A program made the position numbers and the translations under genes. Positions 49,140 through 49,991 of a stretch of DNA of 49,991 nt are shown piece by piece. The DNA is from Fibrobacteria bacterium (lineage in GTDB: Bacteria > Fibrobacterota > Fibrobacteria > UBA11236). The notes beneath the pieces are model-generated. The model made no database searches and was not told the origin of the DNA. It worked only from the letters and a program-made list of their open reading frames with translations. How positions within the stretch are numbered: position 1 is the stretch's first letter; every line of letters begins with the position of its first letter. The stretch covers positions 1-49,991 of the forward strand of contig JBJHDK010000010.1 in NCBI GenBank assembly GCA_050486505.1. The letters are read 5' to 3'.

Positions 49140-49163
49140 TTCCCGTGACCCCCGTCACACCCC
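49140..49163. repeat. Direct repeat copy 2 with GTGAC-N4-GTCAC core
   Basis: TTCCCGTGACCCCCGTCACACCCC, exactly 900 bp after copy 1. Confidence 0.7.
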
Positions 49164-49201
49164 ATTTTGACGGTCGCATGGCAATCCGTAGTTTCCCTGC
49201 C

Positions 49202-49738
49202 ATGTCCCGCACATCCCGCTACCCCCAACGCCGCCGTATCCGGCTGGCGAGCCACAACTACACCGGCCCCAAGAGCTACTTCGTCACCCTCCGTGTCCTC
49301 GACGGTGAATGCCTGTTCGGCGATGTCGTCAACGGCGAAATGCAGCTTAACGCGATCGGGAACATTGTCGACGAGGAATGGTTGCGCACTCCGGTCGTGC
49401 GGCCATACGTCAAGCTCGACGCCCACGTCGTCATGCCCAATCATATGCACGGCATTCTCGATATCCTTGACACCAACCCGCATCATCAAGACGAAGGGGG
49501 CGAACCGTTGAAGCGCTCCGGCGTGGTCGCCGGCTCCCTGGGTGCCATCATCGGCCAGTTCAAAAGTCAGGTGGCCAAGCGTATCAAGGCTATGGGGTAC
49601 GTACGCAAAGGTCCGCTCTGGCTCCGCAGCTACAACGACCACATCATCCGCACCGAGTCAGAAAAGGTCAACATCCGCCGCTATATCTGGGACAACCCCG
49701 TGCGGTGGGAACAGAAGCGCAGGATGCGACGTACCTGA
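49202..49738 (+). mobile_element. REP-associated tyrosine transposase (RAYT, Y1/HUH family)
   Basis: RRRIRL..NY...YFVT, VVMPNHMHGIL (HUH), SLGAIIGQFKS, W.RSYNDHIIR, YIWDNP; TTGACG-16-TAGTTT-N7-ATG; REPs downstream. Confidence 0.92.
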
Positions 49739-49755
49739 GACACCATCGGGGTGTT

Positions 49756-49950
49756 GTAGGGGCGACGCGGTGCGTCGCCCGTTTCGTCTGCACGGATCTG
49801 GCGGGGGCACACGTGAAGCTGCGCAGGCGCTATCGACACCGCAGGACCAACGGGGCGATGCGGATGTGGGCATAGCGGGCGATGCAGCGCATCGCCCAGC
49901 GGGGCGGTGCTGGCGTAGTCGAAGCGGGCGACGCATCGCGGCGCCCCAAC
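49756..49950. repeat. REP cluster downstream of RAYT
   Basis: GTAGGGGCGACGC-gg-TGCGTCGCCC (49756-49780); GGGCGATGCAGCGCATCGCCC (49877-49897); inverted degenerate copy GGGCGACGCATCGCGGCGCCCCAAC (49926-49950). Confidence 0.85.
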
Positions 49951-49991
49951 AACGTCTGGGGGGGGTATTTTTGTGCGGGGGGATGTAAGGG

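Noticed and set aside
47522..49163. Integron cassette array
   Set aside because: No convincing RYYYAAC...GTTRRRY attC structure and no intI in the window

Overview
GC-rich bacterial chromosome segment, about two-thirds GC by eye. The protein families and C-terminal sorting tails suggest the FCB group, probably Fibrobacterota (inference). Housekeeping genes are tRNA-Pro(CGG), thiD, trxB, cimA, ilvE, leuB, an MMPL/RND exporter, pcm, an amidase, smpB, HU, rlmB, carA, tatA/tatC, rnd, trpS, metF, an rlmI-like methyltransferase and prc. Accessory content is a 10.3-kb co-oriented cluster of six secreted or envelope proteins (propeller, DUF1080, DUF2341/LamG/FN3 protein, propeller paralogue, DUF1080, putative outer-membrane barrel), three more proteins with related C-terminal tails, two VapC-type toxin-antitoxin modules and a RAYT transposase with REP palindromes. 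Most notable: (1) the duplicated propeller+DUF1080 cluster, a candidate secreted oxidation/elimination glycan-cleavage system; (2) seven intergenic elements made of inverted 7/8-bp tandem-repeat arms that also supply -10 boxes and stop codons to neighbouring genes; (3) a TatB-like domain fused to 5-formyl-THF cyclo-ligase in the tat operon; (4) an Ile-rich leader-peptide attenuator upstream of cimA; (5) about 12 genes with a leaderless TANNNT-N6/8-start layout. No CRISPR array, rRNA, integrase or prophage was seen. All family calls come from motif recognition by eye, not database searches.
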